Source of the DNA: Selaginella moellendorffii | Lineage: Eukaryota > Plantae > Lycopodiophyta | Length of the DNA: 64,000 nt | NCBI RefSeq assembly: GCF_000143415.4 | Contig: NW_003314376.1 | Location: forward strand, 466,156-530,155 | Direction: 5' to 3' | Translations under genes and position numbers: made by a program | Notes under the pieces: model-generated | Told to the model about the DNA's origin: nothing | What the model saw: only the letters and a program-made list of their open reading frames with translations | Database searches by the model: none | Shown here: piece after piece, positions 12,425-25,500 of the stretch | Numbering within the stretch: position 1 is the stretch's first letter | Layout of the letters: every line of letters starts with the position of its first letter

Positions 12425-15193
12425 ATGAAGCGATCTTTCATCCGAGCTATGCATTTCTCGGCATCATCCTCGAACCATGTTTTTGATCTGGAGAGAGCAG
12501 TGGAGCGAATCTCGAGCCAAGAGAGCTGCCCAATTGTGTCCGACTACGCCCCTCTCCTCCGCCAGTGCTCCAAGCAAAGATCCCTCCACTCGGGAAGGCG
12601 GCTCCACGCGCAAATCCTCCGCCACCGCCTCGATCGCCACACTCTCCTCTGCAATCTTCTCGTCCAGATGTATGGCAGATGCGGCTGTCTCGACGAGGCC
12701 AGATCCATCTTCGACAAGACCCCGGAGAGGAACCTCTTCTCGTGGAGCATCATGATCGCAGCATATGCCCAGAACGGGCATCCCACTTTTGCGCTTGCGG
12801 TGTACCGGGAGATGCTCCAGCGATCCATCCACGCAATAGACAGCACTACGTACGTGAGCGCGCTCAGCGCTTGCTCGGCGCTGGGCGATCTAGAAACGGG
12901 TAAATCCATCCACGAACGAATCCTCTCCAGCAAACTCGAGATTGACGCTTTTCTGGGCACAGCACTGATCAGCATGTACTCCAAGTGTGGATGCCTGGAG
13001 GAAGCTCACGAGTGCTTTGATTGCGTTCTTCGCAAGGATATCGTAGTGTGGAACGCAATTATTGCGGCATTTGCCCAGAACGGGCATCCGCAGCGCGCGC
13101 TAAACTTCTTCCATGCGATCCCGCGGGGTGAGCTCCAGCCCAACAATCTCACGCTGGTAAGCGCACTGGATGCGTGCTCGGATCTGGCAGCGCTGGAGGA
13201 GGGCAGGAAGATCCACGCGCTGATCGAATCGTCGCCAGAGCTGACGCTGGGTGGGAGCATGGGGAATGCGCTCGTCAATCTCTACGGCAAATGCGGGAGG
13301 GTGATCGATGCGAGGGCCGTGTTTGATGCTCTCCGCCCGAGAACTGTGGTGTCGTGGACATCCATGATCGCGGCCTACGCGCAAAATGGGCACAGCGATC
13401 AAGCGCTGGAGCTGTTTCAGCGGATGGACATGGCGCCCAATGGCGTGACGCTCTTGAGCGTGCTCCAGGCCTGCGTGGGAAGGCTCGATCGGCTGCGCGA
13501 GATCCATGCCACGGCGGAGTCGCGAGGATTGGCCAGGGATCTCTCGGTGGCAAACACGCTCATTGATGTCTACGGCAAGTGCGAGGACGTGGATGGAGCG
13601 AGGGCGGTGTTTGATTCCATCCCGATCAAGAACGTTGTCTCCTGGAACGCGATGATCGCAGCCTACGCGCACAATTGGCGTACCAATCCCGCAGTAGAGC
13701 TGTTCCATCGCATGGATTTGGAAGGGGCAATGCCCAACGCGATCACCTTCGTCACTGTTCTAGGCGCATGCCCTCCTTCTTCCATATGGAATCAGAATCA
13801 GAATATCCCAGAGAATCAGAATCTGGATCTGAATATTCAAGGAAATCAGAATATGCGGAAGATTCGTGGGTTTTCCCTCGCGCTGGGCGCCCAGATCCAC
13901 GAGAGGATCGTCGCGTCCGGGCTCCAATCCGATGTGATCGTCGCGACCGCGGTGCTGACCATGTATGGGCGATGCCAGCGGCTGGATGTGGCGGAGCGCG
14001 TCTTCCTGGAGATGGGCGGCGCCAAGAACGCCGTGTCGTGGAACGCGCTCATCAACGCCTGCGTCGAGAATGGCGAGTGCGATGCGGCCTTGCGGCTGTT
14101 TTTCAGGATGATGAGCGAGCCCTCCGTCCAGCCCAATGGCCTCACTTTCGTGGCGGCGCTCGAGGCGTCTTCGGCGCTGGGCGATCTGGCCACCGGCAAA
14201 GCTATCCACGAGAGAATCGTCGATCTGGCGATGGACGCCGAGACCGTGGTGACCAACGCACTGATAACGATGTATGGAAGATGCGGCAGCCTGAGCGATG
14301 CTAGAAAGGTTCTCGAGTCAAGCTCGTCGAGAGATGTAGTGTCGTGGAATGCGATGATCGCAGCATATGCCCGGAATGGGCATCACAAGGAGGTACTAGA
14401 TCTATACTGGGCAATGCTGCTCGAAGGATACAGGCCCGTGGAGGCCACTTTTCTTCCACTCCTCGACGCCTGCTGCTGCCTCCGAGATGTCGAGTCCGAG
14501 CACCGCAAAGGCTCTCACGCAGGGAAAACGATCCACGCACACATACGGCTCGCTGGCTTCGATGGCTCCCCGCTGCTCGACTCGGCGCTCGTCAACATGT
14601 ATGGCAAGGTCGGAAACCTCGACTCCGCCATGGTGGTGTTTACGCAAATGCGGGAGCGAGACGCCATCACTTGGACTGCTATGATCTCATCGTACGCCCA
14701 GCACGGGCATAGCAGGCAAGCACTCTCACTTTTTAGTTCCATGCTGCTCGACGGCATTGCCACCGATGCTGTGACGCTCGCCTGTGTAAGTTCGGCGTGC
14801 AGCCACTCGGGAGACGTGAAGCTCGGGTGGGACTACTTCGTGTCGAGTGTGCGCGACTTTGGCGAGCGGCCAACTTTCGAGCACTATGTGGTGATGTCGG
14901 ATATGCTCAGCCGAGCTGGGAGGCTCCAGGAGGCCGAAGATTTGCTGAGAAGTATGCCGTTCCAGCCGGACTTGGTGTCGTGGAGGACGCTGCTCAGTGC
15001 GTGCTCGAATCACAACAATCCTCACGTTGGAAAACGAGCCGCCGATCGTATCCTAGAGCTGAGTCCCAGCGATCCTGCAGCATTGGTTTTGCTGTCCAAC
15101 ATATACTCGGCCGCAGGGATGAGTGATGAGGCCGAGAAGTTGAGGCGAGAACACAAGATCGGGGTTTGGAATTCGATTTGTCAATGTCATTAA
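12425..15193 (+). CDS. PLS-class pentatricopeptide repeat protein with E domains, no DYW (putative organellar RNA-editing specificity factor)
   Basis: Intronless 922-aa ORF with repeated P/L/S motifs (NALVNLYGKCG...AR.VFD....VVSW..MIAAYAQNG). C-terminal E region: HYVVMSDMLSRAGRL.EAE.LL.SMPFQPD.VSWRTLLSAC...LLSNIYSAAG. The start could be 12425 or 12449. Confidence 0.95.
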   Translation: MKRSFIRAMHFSASSSNHVFDLERAVERISSQESCPIVSDYAPLLRQCSKQRSLHSGRRLHAQILRHRLDRHTLLCNLLVQMYGRCGCLDEARSIFDKTPERNLFSWSIMIAAYAQNGHPTFALAVYREMLQRSIHAIDSTTYVSALSACSALGDLETGKSIHERILSSKLEIDAFLGTALISMYSKCGCLEEAHECFDCVLRKDIVVWNAIIAAFAQNGHPQRALNFFHAIPRGELQPNNLTLVSALDACSDLAALEEGRKIHALIESSPELTLGGSMGNALVNLYGKCGRVIDARAVFDALRPRTVVSWTSMIAAYAQNGHSDQALELFQRMDMAPNGVTLLSVLQACVGRLDRLREIHATAESRGLARDLSVANTLIDVYGKCEDVDGARAVFDSIPIKNVVSWNAMIAAYAHNWRTNPAVELFHRMDLEGAMPNAITFVTVLGACPPSSIWNQNQNIPENQNLDLNIQGNQNMRKIRGFSLALGAQIHERIVASGLQSDVIVATAVLTMYGRCQRLDVAERVFLEMGGAKNAVSWNALINACVENGECDAALRLFFRMMSEPSVQPNGLTFVAALEASSALGDLATGKAIHERIVDLAMDAETVVTNALITMYGRCGSLSDARKVLESSSSRDVVSWNAMIAAYARNGHHKEVLDLYWAMLLEGYRPVEATFLPLLDACCCLRDVESEHRKGSHAGKTIHAHIRLAGFDGSPLLDSALVNMYGKVGNLDSAMVVFTQMRERDAITWTAMISSYAQHGHSRQALSLFSSMLLDGIATDAVTLACVSSACSHSGDVKLGWDYFVSSVRDFGERPTFEHYVVMSDMLSRAGRLQEAEDLLRSMPFQPDLVSWRTLLSACSNHNNPHVGKRAADRILELSPSDPAALVLLSNIYSAAGMSDEAEKLRREHKIGVWNSICQCH

Positions 15194-15194
15194 A

Positions 15195-15460
15195 AGCGCG
15201 TTTGCGGAGCAGGGAATGAAGACTCCCCCGCGATCGTAAGGAGTAAACACGAGCTTCGTGATCTTGTCGCTTGGCTTCGAAAACAGATCGAGAATAATGG
15301 TGATGAGATCTCGCGTCCCAGGAGATCGATCATTATCCATACTGCTGGTTTGTGAGGACAAATTCGAAATCCAGAGTAGCCAGCGGTCTACACTTGAAGT
15401 GTTCAGCACAGAAACAATTCGTCAGGAGGGAGTTGGAGCTTCTTGGAGCAAGCATCGAAT
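15195..15460 (-). pseudogene. Heavily deleted remnant of the 3' end of PPR gene 31104-32837
   Basis: Short blocks occur in the same order as at 31118-31530: cgtttgcg.agcagggaat, gaagactcccc, cgagcttcgtg, cgtcccaggagatcgatcat, tccatactgctggtt, tcagcacagaaacaa. Confidence 0.75.
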
Positions 15461-15899
15461 GAACCGATGCCCATTTCGCTGTGTCATCCTTAGACGTTTT
15501 CATATGCCCACACATTGTGCCAACTGTGACTATCCCGTTTGCATGCATACAGACTTTCAAATGTGGCATTGGTAAATTAGCTCCATTCAACCAACTTAAA
15601 GTAGGTGGTAGATTCCAATTGTAGATTGTATTCATTCTAATTACTAGACTTTAAAAATTAGCTTAGCAATTTATGGAAAAAAAATCTATTTTGGAGTTAT
15701 CTAATCTAGATTGAGGATTTCCTTTTTAAGGGTTTGGTCATTCATCCTTATATATTCTAAAAAGAAAATATATTTTTGAATCTTATGAAATATATAAATA
15801 TATATTGTGAGTTAAATATGGAAATGGAATACAAAAATATGCCCAAAAACCCTAATTTATATATAGAAAGGAATAATTCAGATTAAAATCAATCTAAGA

Positions 15900-17950
15900 C
15901 TATATGGCATTATAACTATACATTTAGACCTCACATCATCAGAATGATGGAAAACAATTAGGATTCTTTGGTAAATGGGCTGGGATCTAGAGGAACATTA
16001 AGAAGAGACATCAATGGATTTGTAAATGGTATCAATTGTTCTTTATCCCAAATGTTTTAACTGTTGCACATGTGTAAATTCTAGAGGATTAACTTATTGA
16101 ATGTCATGCCAAACTTTATAAATTGCAGTCCAACTTGCTATAACACTTGATATGGTCTCTTCCACTAAACAAAAAACCTTTAGACAAACCATATATTGTA
16201 AGATTGGGAAAATAAATTAACATTAAATCATCCATTTTGTATTCTACAAATGGATGATGATGAGAGTTATAGTGATGTTGTTGTCCCATTTGTATGCAAC
16301 CCAAGTGTTTAATAGACTCCATTAGGAAAAGTAGAAGAATATTTGTCAAATACAAATTTTAGGACTTAATATCGTTAGCTCATAGCAATCACAAAGATAA
16401 ACTTAGCTCAGTATTTGATCATGACTATATAGGAGTTTATATAGTGAAGCATTAACATAACTCTATACCCTTGTGATATACATATATTGAAGAGATAACA
16501 AATAACTATCCCAATCTAAATGTTAAAGGTTCACATACTTTGTTATCATCTCTTTGAAAGTTCGGTTAAAACATGAAATGTCCCAGCCATAAATGTAGAA
16601 TCATTATTTAAGAGAATCCACTTAAACAAGAATGTTAGAACACCATTTGATTGAGAAGGAAATATCGAACAATACTAGTAAAAGCATTAACTTCCACCTA
16701 GTGAGTCAAGTAATCAGAAACAATAATGACATATTCATTATCAGCAGTCAACCATGAAAAATGCCCCATAAGATCACCAACTCAAACGGATGGAAAATTA
16801 CAATTAACTTTAACTGTTCTTCCCCAACATAAGGGGGAGTATTACAAACTTGGCACCAAATGCAGTTATTCATATACCAAATAAAATCATATTACATCTC
16901 CGGTTAATAAAAAGATCTACATAATTTCTTAATCACATGACAATATTTTATATGCCCACATAGAATAGAAGAATCATGATAGGCATAGAGAAAGTGTTGA
17001 ATAAAGTTTGAAGGCACCCCCAACCATAAATGATCATTAGGATCAATCCCTATAAAATAAAGAAGGTTATCTTCAAGGCGATATGAAAAATATAAATGCC
17101 GAAATGGCAAGTCATCAATAAATGATACAGGATTCTCCAATCCATCATAAAACTTTTGGATCCACAACTTAACTTTTTGAGCTTCATGAACTTTTTCAAG
17201 AAAAGGTAAATTTTGCTCCACACCTTGTGGACACTAAATATCAAGTATAACAACCATTGACGACACAAAACCCTTGTTCAAACAGTCCATTAATGATAAA
17301 ACAATAAGTTCATTAGGAATAAGAGAAGAGAGCGAAGAAGGGAGATGAGTTCAAGAAAAGGCATTAATATTAACCATAAAACTCTTGGGTAATGAACAAC
17401 TCCAAAATTATATATTTAAAATTTTAGAGCTCACTTTATTTAAACCAAATAGCATCACTAAAAACTCATACAAAGTAAATAGTGTACTAAAAGTAATTTT
17501 AGAAACATCTTTTCTTGCCATTAGCATTTGCCAATATCTAAAAATAAAATCTAACTTAATAAACTAATGATTTCTCCCCAAATGATTTAGGAGATCAACA
17601 ATATGAAGAAGAGGGTATATATTTAAGATAGTCACCTTGTTTAATGAATAATAGTTAATATAGAAGTGAATGCTTCAATTAGGCTTTGTTATAAGATGAG
17701 GTTCACACATCTAAGGACTCCATGGATAACACCCTTTCTTAACATTTTTTTGACGTTTGTGTGTAAAATCTTGATCTTCTTTGATGACTAAGACAAAACA
17801 AAAGTTTTGATTGGAGAAGTATCCCTAGTTGGGATAAAATGACATGTTGCAATCTTAGCCTCAAATAACATGTCAAAGTTGAAGAGATTAACATACTCTT
17901 TCTTGAGTTGATCCATCGCTGCGATATAAAGACCATTGGAAAGATCTAGA
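15900..17950 (-). mobile_element. Degenerate Ty3/gypsy pol remnant (integrase zinc-finger region)
   Basis: AT-rich with many stops. ORF 16904-17221 ends QHFLYAYHDSSILCGHIKYCHVIKKLCRSFY, an integrase N-terminal HHCC-type region. A homologous inverted copy lies at ~46900-47620. Confidence 0.6.
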
Positions 17951-18103
17951 GAGGGAATAAAAGAGCAAGATGGAAACACAGTAAGAATAATAAAGAGAAA
18001 AAAGTGATGGAAGTAAAGGTAGAAGTAGAGGAACAAAAAGGAATAGAAGTGAGAGGAATGTATAAAAAACTAAAGAGAATAACTCAAAAGACAATTTATA
18101 AAA

Positions 18104-18650
18104 GTTCAAATATAAAAGGAAAAAGCCTATGAATAAGAGTGCACCCCCTTTTCCAGTTGATTAAAAGTCTTGGGATATTTAGGGTTAAGTGTCCATAGGT
18201 TTAAATAATATTAGGTTGGATGACCTCTCGTGAAGTCCAAATCCAAAAACTTACATTTGGTATTATAGTGGTTTCGGGTCCAATTTTGTCGGTTGGCTTA
18301 AGGAAATCATACCATATATTGATTGATATCTGGCAAGTTTAGTTTGCTTCAGTTGGGCTCGACCCAAGGGGTAGGGTGTTGAGAGCAGGGTCTCAGAAGA
18401 GTTGTGGCTCTTAGTTTTCATTCACGAAAGTATGAACTTGCAGGGAAGCGTGATAGATTATAAGCAACTAAAGGGAATAACTCAAGAGATGATCTATATG
18501 GGTTTAAATATAGAAGAAAAGGGCCTATGAATAAAAGTGCATTCTTTTTTTCAATCGGTTAAAGATCTTAGGATACATAGGGTTAAACGTCCCTGGGTTT
18601 GAATAATACTGGATTGGGTGATCTTTCGAGATGTCTAAATCTAAGAACTT
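18104..18650. repeat. Two copies (18104-18250, 18502-18648) of a ~150-bp dispersed repeat; third copy at 53691-53838
   Basis: Shared core gtt(c/t)aaatata....a.gg.c.at.aataa.agtgca..ctttt...gggttaa..gt.c....gttt.aata.ta...g.tg..ct.t..gag..gtc.aaat. Confidence 0.8.
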
Positions 18651-19029
18651 AATAAATATGAGGAAGTATGAGACAAGAGGGAGAGAGACAAGATCTCTTA
18701 TTATTCTCTCTATATTAGTTAATATAAGCTTGAATTTATCTTCTATTGCTCAACTTGTTGCCACACATTGCCATCTATAGTTGCGTTACACAATAAAGGC
18801 AATTTTCATTCTTAATAGCAACAATTATACATATGTATGTACACAAAATGAGGCAAACTTAGCTATGCATATGGGAGATCTCAAGTTTGAATTTCAATTG
18901 TTTCGGGTGGTGCTAAGTCAAGCTTTTGACCTCATCCTTAGTATGGATTGGTTGTAGTGCAATTATGCCAACTGTGATTTTGAAATAAAAATGAGCTCAA
19001 AAAGTAAACACTGAATGAATTGTACAAAC

Positions 19030-22000
19030 AACTAATTTTTCCATTTTACTTTAACCACTTAACCACACCTTTGACCATTTGAAGGCCCTTCGTCCTTGAG
19101 TGGTCATCTTTTAACCACACCTTAGCACCCTTTGACCATTTGAAGAAGTCTCATTCACAACCTTCATAAATCTTATTCCTGATTTGGGGACATAATATTC
19201 CCATAAATGACATCTATGCCACTTAACCTTTGCACTTAGTCCAAATGCTCCATATGTCAAATCTCATGATTGACATTTAAAAGTACCACTAATATATCAA
19301 CCCATTATGTTAAGGCCATGCCCATTCACCCTTATTATATCGGTAATCCAAGATCATCTATATCACAGTCCCGTCTCTCAAAGACTAGGCCCTCTGTCCC
19401 TGAGTGGTCATCTTTTAACCACACCTTAGCACCCTTAAGATGCCTAGAGATATAGAGAACATCCTTCCCCAATGTCCCTTCTTTAGTCCCCACCAACTCC
19501 TTGTAAGCAATTAAATTTTTCTATTTTACTTTAGCTTCTTAACCACGCCTTTGACTACTTAGAGGAGTCTTACTTATGAACTCCATAAGTCTTATTCCTG
19601 ACTTGGGGGTATACTAGCCCGATAAATGGCATCTATGCCATTCAGCCTTTGCACTTGGTCTAAGTGCTCCATATGTCTAATCTCATAACTAACACCCAAA
19701 AGTACCACCAACATATCAGGCCTACCCTAAAGTTATGTCCATTTATCCTTGTCACATCAGTAATCCAAGACTACCTACATCACAGTCCCGTCTCTTAAAG
19801 ACTGAGCTATCTGTTCATGAGTGGTCATCCCTAACCACACCTTAGCACCTTTAGGATGCCCAAAAATATAGAGAATACCCTTCCCCAATATCCTTTCTTC
19901 CATTCCCCCCAAGTCCCTTTCCTTCCACAGATGTGCTTGTCAACACTACCATTAGATCAAGGCCCAAATGCCCAACCACTAAGTCCTATTAACCTTTGGG
20001 ACTTCCAATTGTATCCTTGGTCACTACACCAAAGGACTACTCCTTTTCCTTTCTATAGTTTGGGACTTTGGGATGATATTTTAAAACACCATGGCCCTAT
20101 ACAAACTTCATAGGTACTCTCCCCACCTTTTGCCCTTAGGTGCCTTAGCCATATGGCTAGAGTGAGGTTCTAATGAGCCATGCCAAGTATCAAAGTAGGT
20201 AGTGCTACCTATATTTGGATTGAGAGCAATGACCATTAGATCTCTCGAGGGAGTTAAAGTTGGCTCTTGAACACTTCATCAAACTACCTCGCTTGTCTGT
20301 CTGTATTTACTTTAGCTTTGAACTCTTCAATAGTTATATCATCACTCAATACATAGGTATAGCATTCCTTGGTCACATTGGCTTTTCCTACCCAAATTGG
20401 CTCCATTAGAGTCCTCCCCTTATTATACTTTTGGAGCTCACAAAACCCCCTAGGGTCTAGAAGACAATCGTTTTGGGCTTTCACCCTCGGACTCAAACTT
20501 GGACTCGAACTTGGACTTGAACTTGAACTTAGACTCAGTCTCGGTCTTGGACTCAGTCTTAGTCTTGGTCTCGGTCTCAATTTCGGTCTCAATCTTGGAG
20601 TCGATCTCAAACTCTATCTCAGGTCCATTTCGGACTCTATCTCAAGTCCATCTTAGACTCCATCTCGGGTCTATCTCGGGTCCATATTAGACTCCATCTC
20701 AGACTTCCATCTTGGGTCTATCTCGGACTCCATCTCAGGTCTATCTCGGGTCCATCTCACACTCCTTCTCAGACTCCATCTCGGATTTCGTTTTGAACTT
20801 CTTTTTAGACTCCACCTCGGACTCCTTGGGTCCCATCTCGAACTCGTTCTGATACTTTTATGTATCATGACACTCACTATGTGTTAGTTCTTTTCGTGTC
20901 CCTTTCTAAAGACTCATTCATCAATTTCTTCATGCTCATTCCTTGAGCATTTTGTTCAGAGTTCCACTCCCACTCTCGACTTTCCAAGTTAAAATTTTTG
21001 GTCCAAACATGTTACCCTTGTTAGACTTTTGTTTTGACCACTACCATATGGCACTTTTTCAGCTCCACTCTGAGGTCTTAGGGATTTGTTTCTCCCTCTC
21101 CATCTATAGTCGTACTTGCCAACACCACTAGTGGGTCAAGGCTTGAAGGCTTGACCACTAAGTCCCATTGACTTTTAAGACTTCCTCACCATGTGACCAT
21201 ATCCTTAGTCACACTACACAAGAGAATTGCTCCTATTTCTCTTTAAGTCTAGGACTTTGGGATAATATTTTTAAACACTGTGGCCCTAAATGGTACTCTC
21301 CCCACCTTCTGCCTTTGGGTGCCCTAACCATGTGGCTAAAGCAAGGTTTTGATGAACTATATTAGGTATCCAAATAGATAATGCCACCCACACTTTGATT
21401 GGGAGCATCAATCATTTTATCTCCCAGGGGAGCTAGAGCTAACTCTTGAACACTTCACCAAGTTACCCCAATTGACTGTCCGTGTTTACTCTAGCCTAGG
21501 ACTCCTCAATGGTTATATCATTACCCACCACATGGGTATAGCCTTCCTTGGTCACACTATCCTTTCCTGGCCAAACTAACCTTTCCCAGCCAAATTGGCT
21601 CCACTAGAGTTTTCCCCCCTACTATACTTTTGGAGCTCACCAAACCCCCTAGGGTTTGGGAGACAATCATTTTGGGCTTTCACCCTCGAACTTAGACTTA
21701 AACTTGGCCCTAGTCTTAGTTTCGGTCTCAATCCCCATCTTAGACTCCTTCTTAGGTTCATCTTAGATCCATCTCAGACTCCTTCTCGAACATCTTCTCA
21801 AACTCCTTCTCAAGTTCATCTTGGGTCCATCTTGGACTTTATCTTAGACTCCATTTTGGGTTTTTTTCTAGTGACTTGTTTATTGATCACTTTATGCTCA
21901 TTCTTTGAGCACTTCGTTAGAAATTCCACTTTTGCTCTTAACTTTTTGAGTTGGAGTTTTTGGTCCAAACATGTTATGTTTATTGGACTTCCACTTCAAC

Positions 22001-22040
22001 CACTACCATATAGCAACCTTTTGGCTCCATTTTGAGGCTT
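19030..22040. repeat. Tandemly duplicated TE-derived blocks (19030-19480 vs 19510-19920; ~19970-21100 vs ~21150-22040)
   Basis: Direct near-identical segments, e.g. cacagtcccgtctct.aaagact and ttttggagctcac.aaaccccctagggt. An inverted relative lies at 46660-46880. Confidence 0.75.
20486..20850. repeat. Degenerate 6/12-bp minisatellite (ctcggactccat-like units)
   Basis: Visible periodic units ctcgga/cttgga/ctcagt, then ctc(a/g)gactccat. It produces the low-complexity LRPRPR/LGLGL ORFs. Confidence 0.85.
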
Positions 22041-23399
22041 AGGGATTTGTCTCTCATAACTTCACCACCCATAAATAAAGTTTGATATCCTCATCAAACG
22101 ATAAACTTTTTTGTCAAATAATCTCACCATAGATTACCATTTTCATCTTTAGCACCAAGCTAATATTCATTAAAGAATACTTATCAAAAGACCTTCCACT
22201 ACTTGTGTAACTCCTTGTTTCCTAGAAGAATCTTTGTGTTAAAACCTTCAATTACAATAACACCAATAAAACAATGTTGATGTTAAAGCCTCCACCTAAA
22301 AAATGGAGGACACAAATCCGAAAAACACCAACAATGCCAATACATGTGGCTAATTTCATCATATGCTCAATAGTGAATATCATGGCCACAACCACATCCT
22401 CACATTTGTCTTTGAAGTGGAAGAGGCAATATATTATAACATTGTGTCAATCAAAAAATATCATTAAGGTGACTAAAGTAAGTGTATATACAAGTCCTAT
22501 AATTTCTTAATGAAGTGTTAGCATAACATTCTCAACTTAGTTCACTCTAACATATTTTACTCTACACAAAGTAAAAGGCTCTAGAGGCAAATGCTAAATT
22601 GCATCACTAACTTAGATAGCCTTTGACTAAGATGATTCAATTGTTAACATGTCCAAATATACACTTGAAGACATCAGGAGAATATTTCAATCTACACAAG
22701 TGGCTACGCTCAAACCATTGTACCATTGCAATGCCATTCCTTATATACATATGGGAAACTCATGTAAACACCGAGTATCATCCCAAAAATGATAGGTAAT
22801 AATCATTATAAAGTGATCAAACTAATTATACATAATCCTCGAGATTCCCACAAAAGAACTTTGGTTAGATGCGAGAATTGATAGTAATAACAAAAGGAGT
22901 TATACCACACACTATGAATGCCACCATCAATTTAGTTTAATTGTTCAACTACAACCATATAGCATCAAGCAATTGCAATAAGTACTACTCCAAAATCAAA
23001 GGAGGAAGAGGTTATTGCTCTACCATGAAGATGAATAAAAAAGAAAAAAGAAAATGAAAAAAGCTAAGGAAAGTGATATTTAAACAATGTAAAAGCTAAA
23101 TCTAAACTAAAATCCCAAATCTAAACACTCTTTAAAGATAATCAAAGTTGTCCCTCACCTCCGCCAATGTGAGTGCATTGAATATAAAAATAGAATATAG
23201 AAATGTGTATATCAATTAGCCCAAAAACAGTAGCTTATATATATGAGTAAGTGGTCAGGCTTGAAACCAATTTGAGAGCTATCAAAATTCCACTACACTA
23301 CTATTAATATACAGCATCATACTTATACACTTGGACCTCACAACTTAAATTTGAATGAATTAAATTTTATTGAATTTAAAATAAAGACCCTAGTATAGA

Positions 23400-25500
23400 C
23401 TTTTATCAAATGATGATTTGGATTCACTTTCAAATGCCTTTTATCGATACAATCTTGGATGTTATCATAGGAATTCATAAATGGGTTTTAGTGGATTCAA
23501 AACCATCCTCTAAATTAGTTGACACCCTAGAAACTTTATATATAAAACCTTTGTATATAAAGTTCTTCTTTTTGGACTTGTGAATGCTCTCTCCACTTTC
23601 CAGGGTCTCATCAACTTTGCTTCCACAACTTAATGTTGCATTCAATACTGATTTACATCAATAAATTTGATTGCCACTAGCTTGCTTCATCTTTGGTAAA
23701 TCTTTGAGTGTTGTCATCTCTACTCAATCCAACTCATTCCAGCAAACTATTAGTTCATGGTTCTAGAAGGTAGATTGCTTGGACATGTGATTTCTCAATA
23801 AACAATCACAATGTCACATTCTAAGGTCCAATAGATCATGGCAAAGGCAATACCAACCAATGTCTAGCAAGTTTGCCAATTCTTGGGAGGCTTTATATTC
23901 TTTAGGCAATTCCTAAATGGATATACATCTCTCTTGTTTGATCTCTACAAAAGCTTCTTCATATTGGGGCCATCAGAGTGGGATAGAGACTTCCATCTTT
24001 ATAGTCTCTCTCTTGGATAGAGCATGTGGGATAGCATTGTATCAATAGGATTATGATAACAAACTTTATGCCATTTACTTCACTAGACACTAGAACTCCC
24101 TTGGATTGAGATGGATTAGCATGTGGGCTTTGTAGTGTATGCTTTCCAATGGCTTTTCCACTACTTGCTTACTCATTATATGGCACTTCATGTGCATTTA
24201 CATACCCAATGATTTACTTGCTGCACAATCCAAGGTAAACACAGTTGCTGGAGTATGACTTGGTTGAGAAAGGAAAAGTCTTTTATCCAAAAAATCTTGT
24301 GTTTGTGTTACCTGGAATGAAGTAAATTGATGACTAGCAGCTTGAATAGCCTTTTCAAGATGAGGTGCTCAACTACATTAGCCATGAATAACCATGGTAT
24401 TCTGACATCATTGCAACACTCAAAGCTCAATTGTTTGAGAACAATTTGGCATCAAATCAGCATCATCTTCAAAAGGCAGCTGGTTATATTCTTCTTGTCC
24501 GACATCTTTACAAGAGATATAGTGACAGTATACTACTACAATACATTATAATAGAGGAGTTCCCTGCAATTATCACAAATTGCCACTCATGTAGTGGCTA
24601 TCTTTCATCACTTCTCTTTGCAAAGCACATCCTTCAAGTAGGGTATTTCTGATTTACTCTTTTTTGCAATATCAAGTCCTTTTTTCTAGTATTTTCTGCC
24701 ATGATAGAAGTTCCAACAAAATCGGTGTGATTGCTGTTATCCATTGGTTCCCATCAATCCAAAAGGTCCATTCACTTAATGAGGATTGGATTTTGTGGGA
24801 CCATTTCCACAAGTGCAAAACCACCATCTTCATATCATCGCAGCCATGGATTATTGCATGAAGTGGTCTCAGTGATCTCGGCCAATCAAAAAGCCATAAT
24901 GAACTTCATCTATGACTTATGTTGTAAACTTTGGAGTGCCTTGCATCATTGTCTCTACAGTTCATGGGGAATATTTTTGAGAAGCTCAGCATCAGACACA
25001 TAAAAGCAAGTGCATATTATCCATAATGCAATGGCCAAGTAAAGTCTACCAACAAGGTTCTCAAAGCCATGCTCTAGAGTATGGTTGGTGAGAATCCTCA
25101 CTTGTAGCCATTTCATCTCCAAGCACTATAGCATTTTAGAACCACATACTGATCAACATTGAGCACCTACCAATCTCTCTCTTGACTACTATGGTTGATC
25201 CAAGGACAGCTCCTCTTGCAAAGGCACAACTCCAGCATTGGCATGATCAGCTCCTCCAGCTCAAAGAACTTTGCCAAGATGCTACTGTGATGAACCAGCT
25301 CTGTTAGAGGCATATGGAACTTTGTGTTGCAAAGCAATGTGAGACAAAGTTTGGCTCTTCTTTAAAGAGGCAAGTTGGAGGCACTATGGATTGGACCATT
25401 CTGCCATGGGTGAAAACTCCTATTAGACCATGGTGGGCGAGCTATTTCCAAACCTCAAGGAATGGCTTGCACTTGAGGCATGACTACTTTTGATGCCTCT
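23400..25500 (+). mobile_element. Highly degenerate Ty3/gypsy pol remnant (RT to integrase)
   Basis: RT-like FGL.NA.STFQ.L (~23572-23610) and integrase-like NGQV.STNKVLKAML (~25030-25075), amid many stops. Confidence 0.6.

Noticed and set aside
12464-15126. Many overlapping antisense and alternate-frame ORFs within the PPR gene (likewise in the ABCB, FLA and CCCH genes)
   Set aside because: Expected shadow ORFs of GC-rich coding sequence, with no independent coding signal.
15100-15460. DYW deaminase domain after the PPR E region
   Set aside because: The ORF stops at GVWNSICQCH with no PG box or HxE/CxxC motif. The downstream sequence is an antisense remnant of the other PPR gene.
20284-20877. 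Low-complexity ORFs (RPRLRL, LGLGL, RWS repeats) and a CRISPR-like periodic look
   Set aside because: They are products of a degenerate 6/12-bp minisatellite, with no repeat-spacer structure, in a eukaryotic context.
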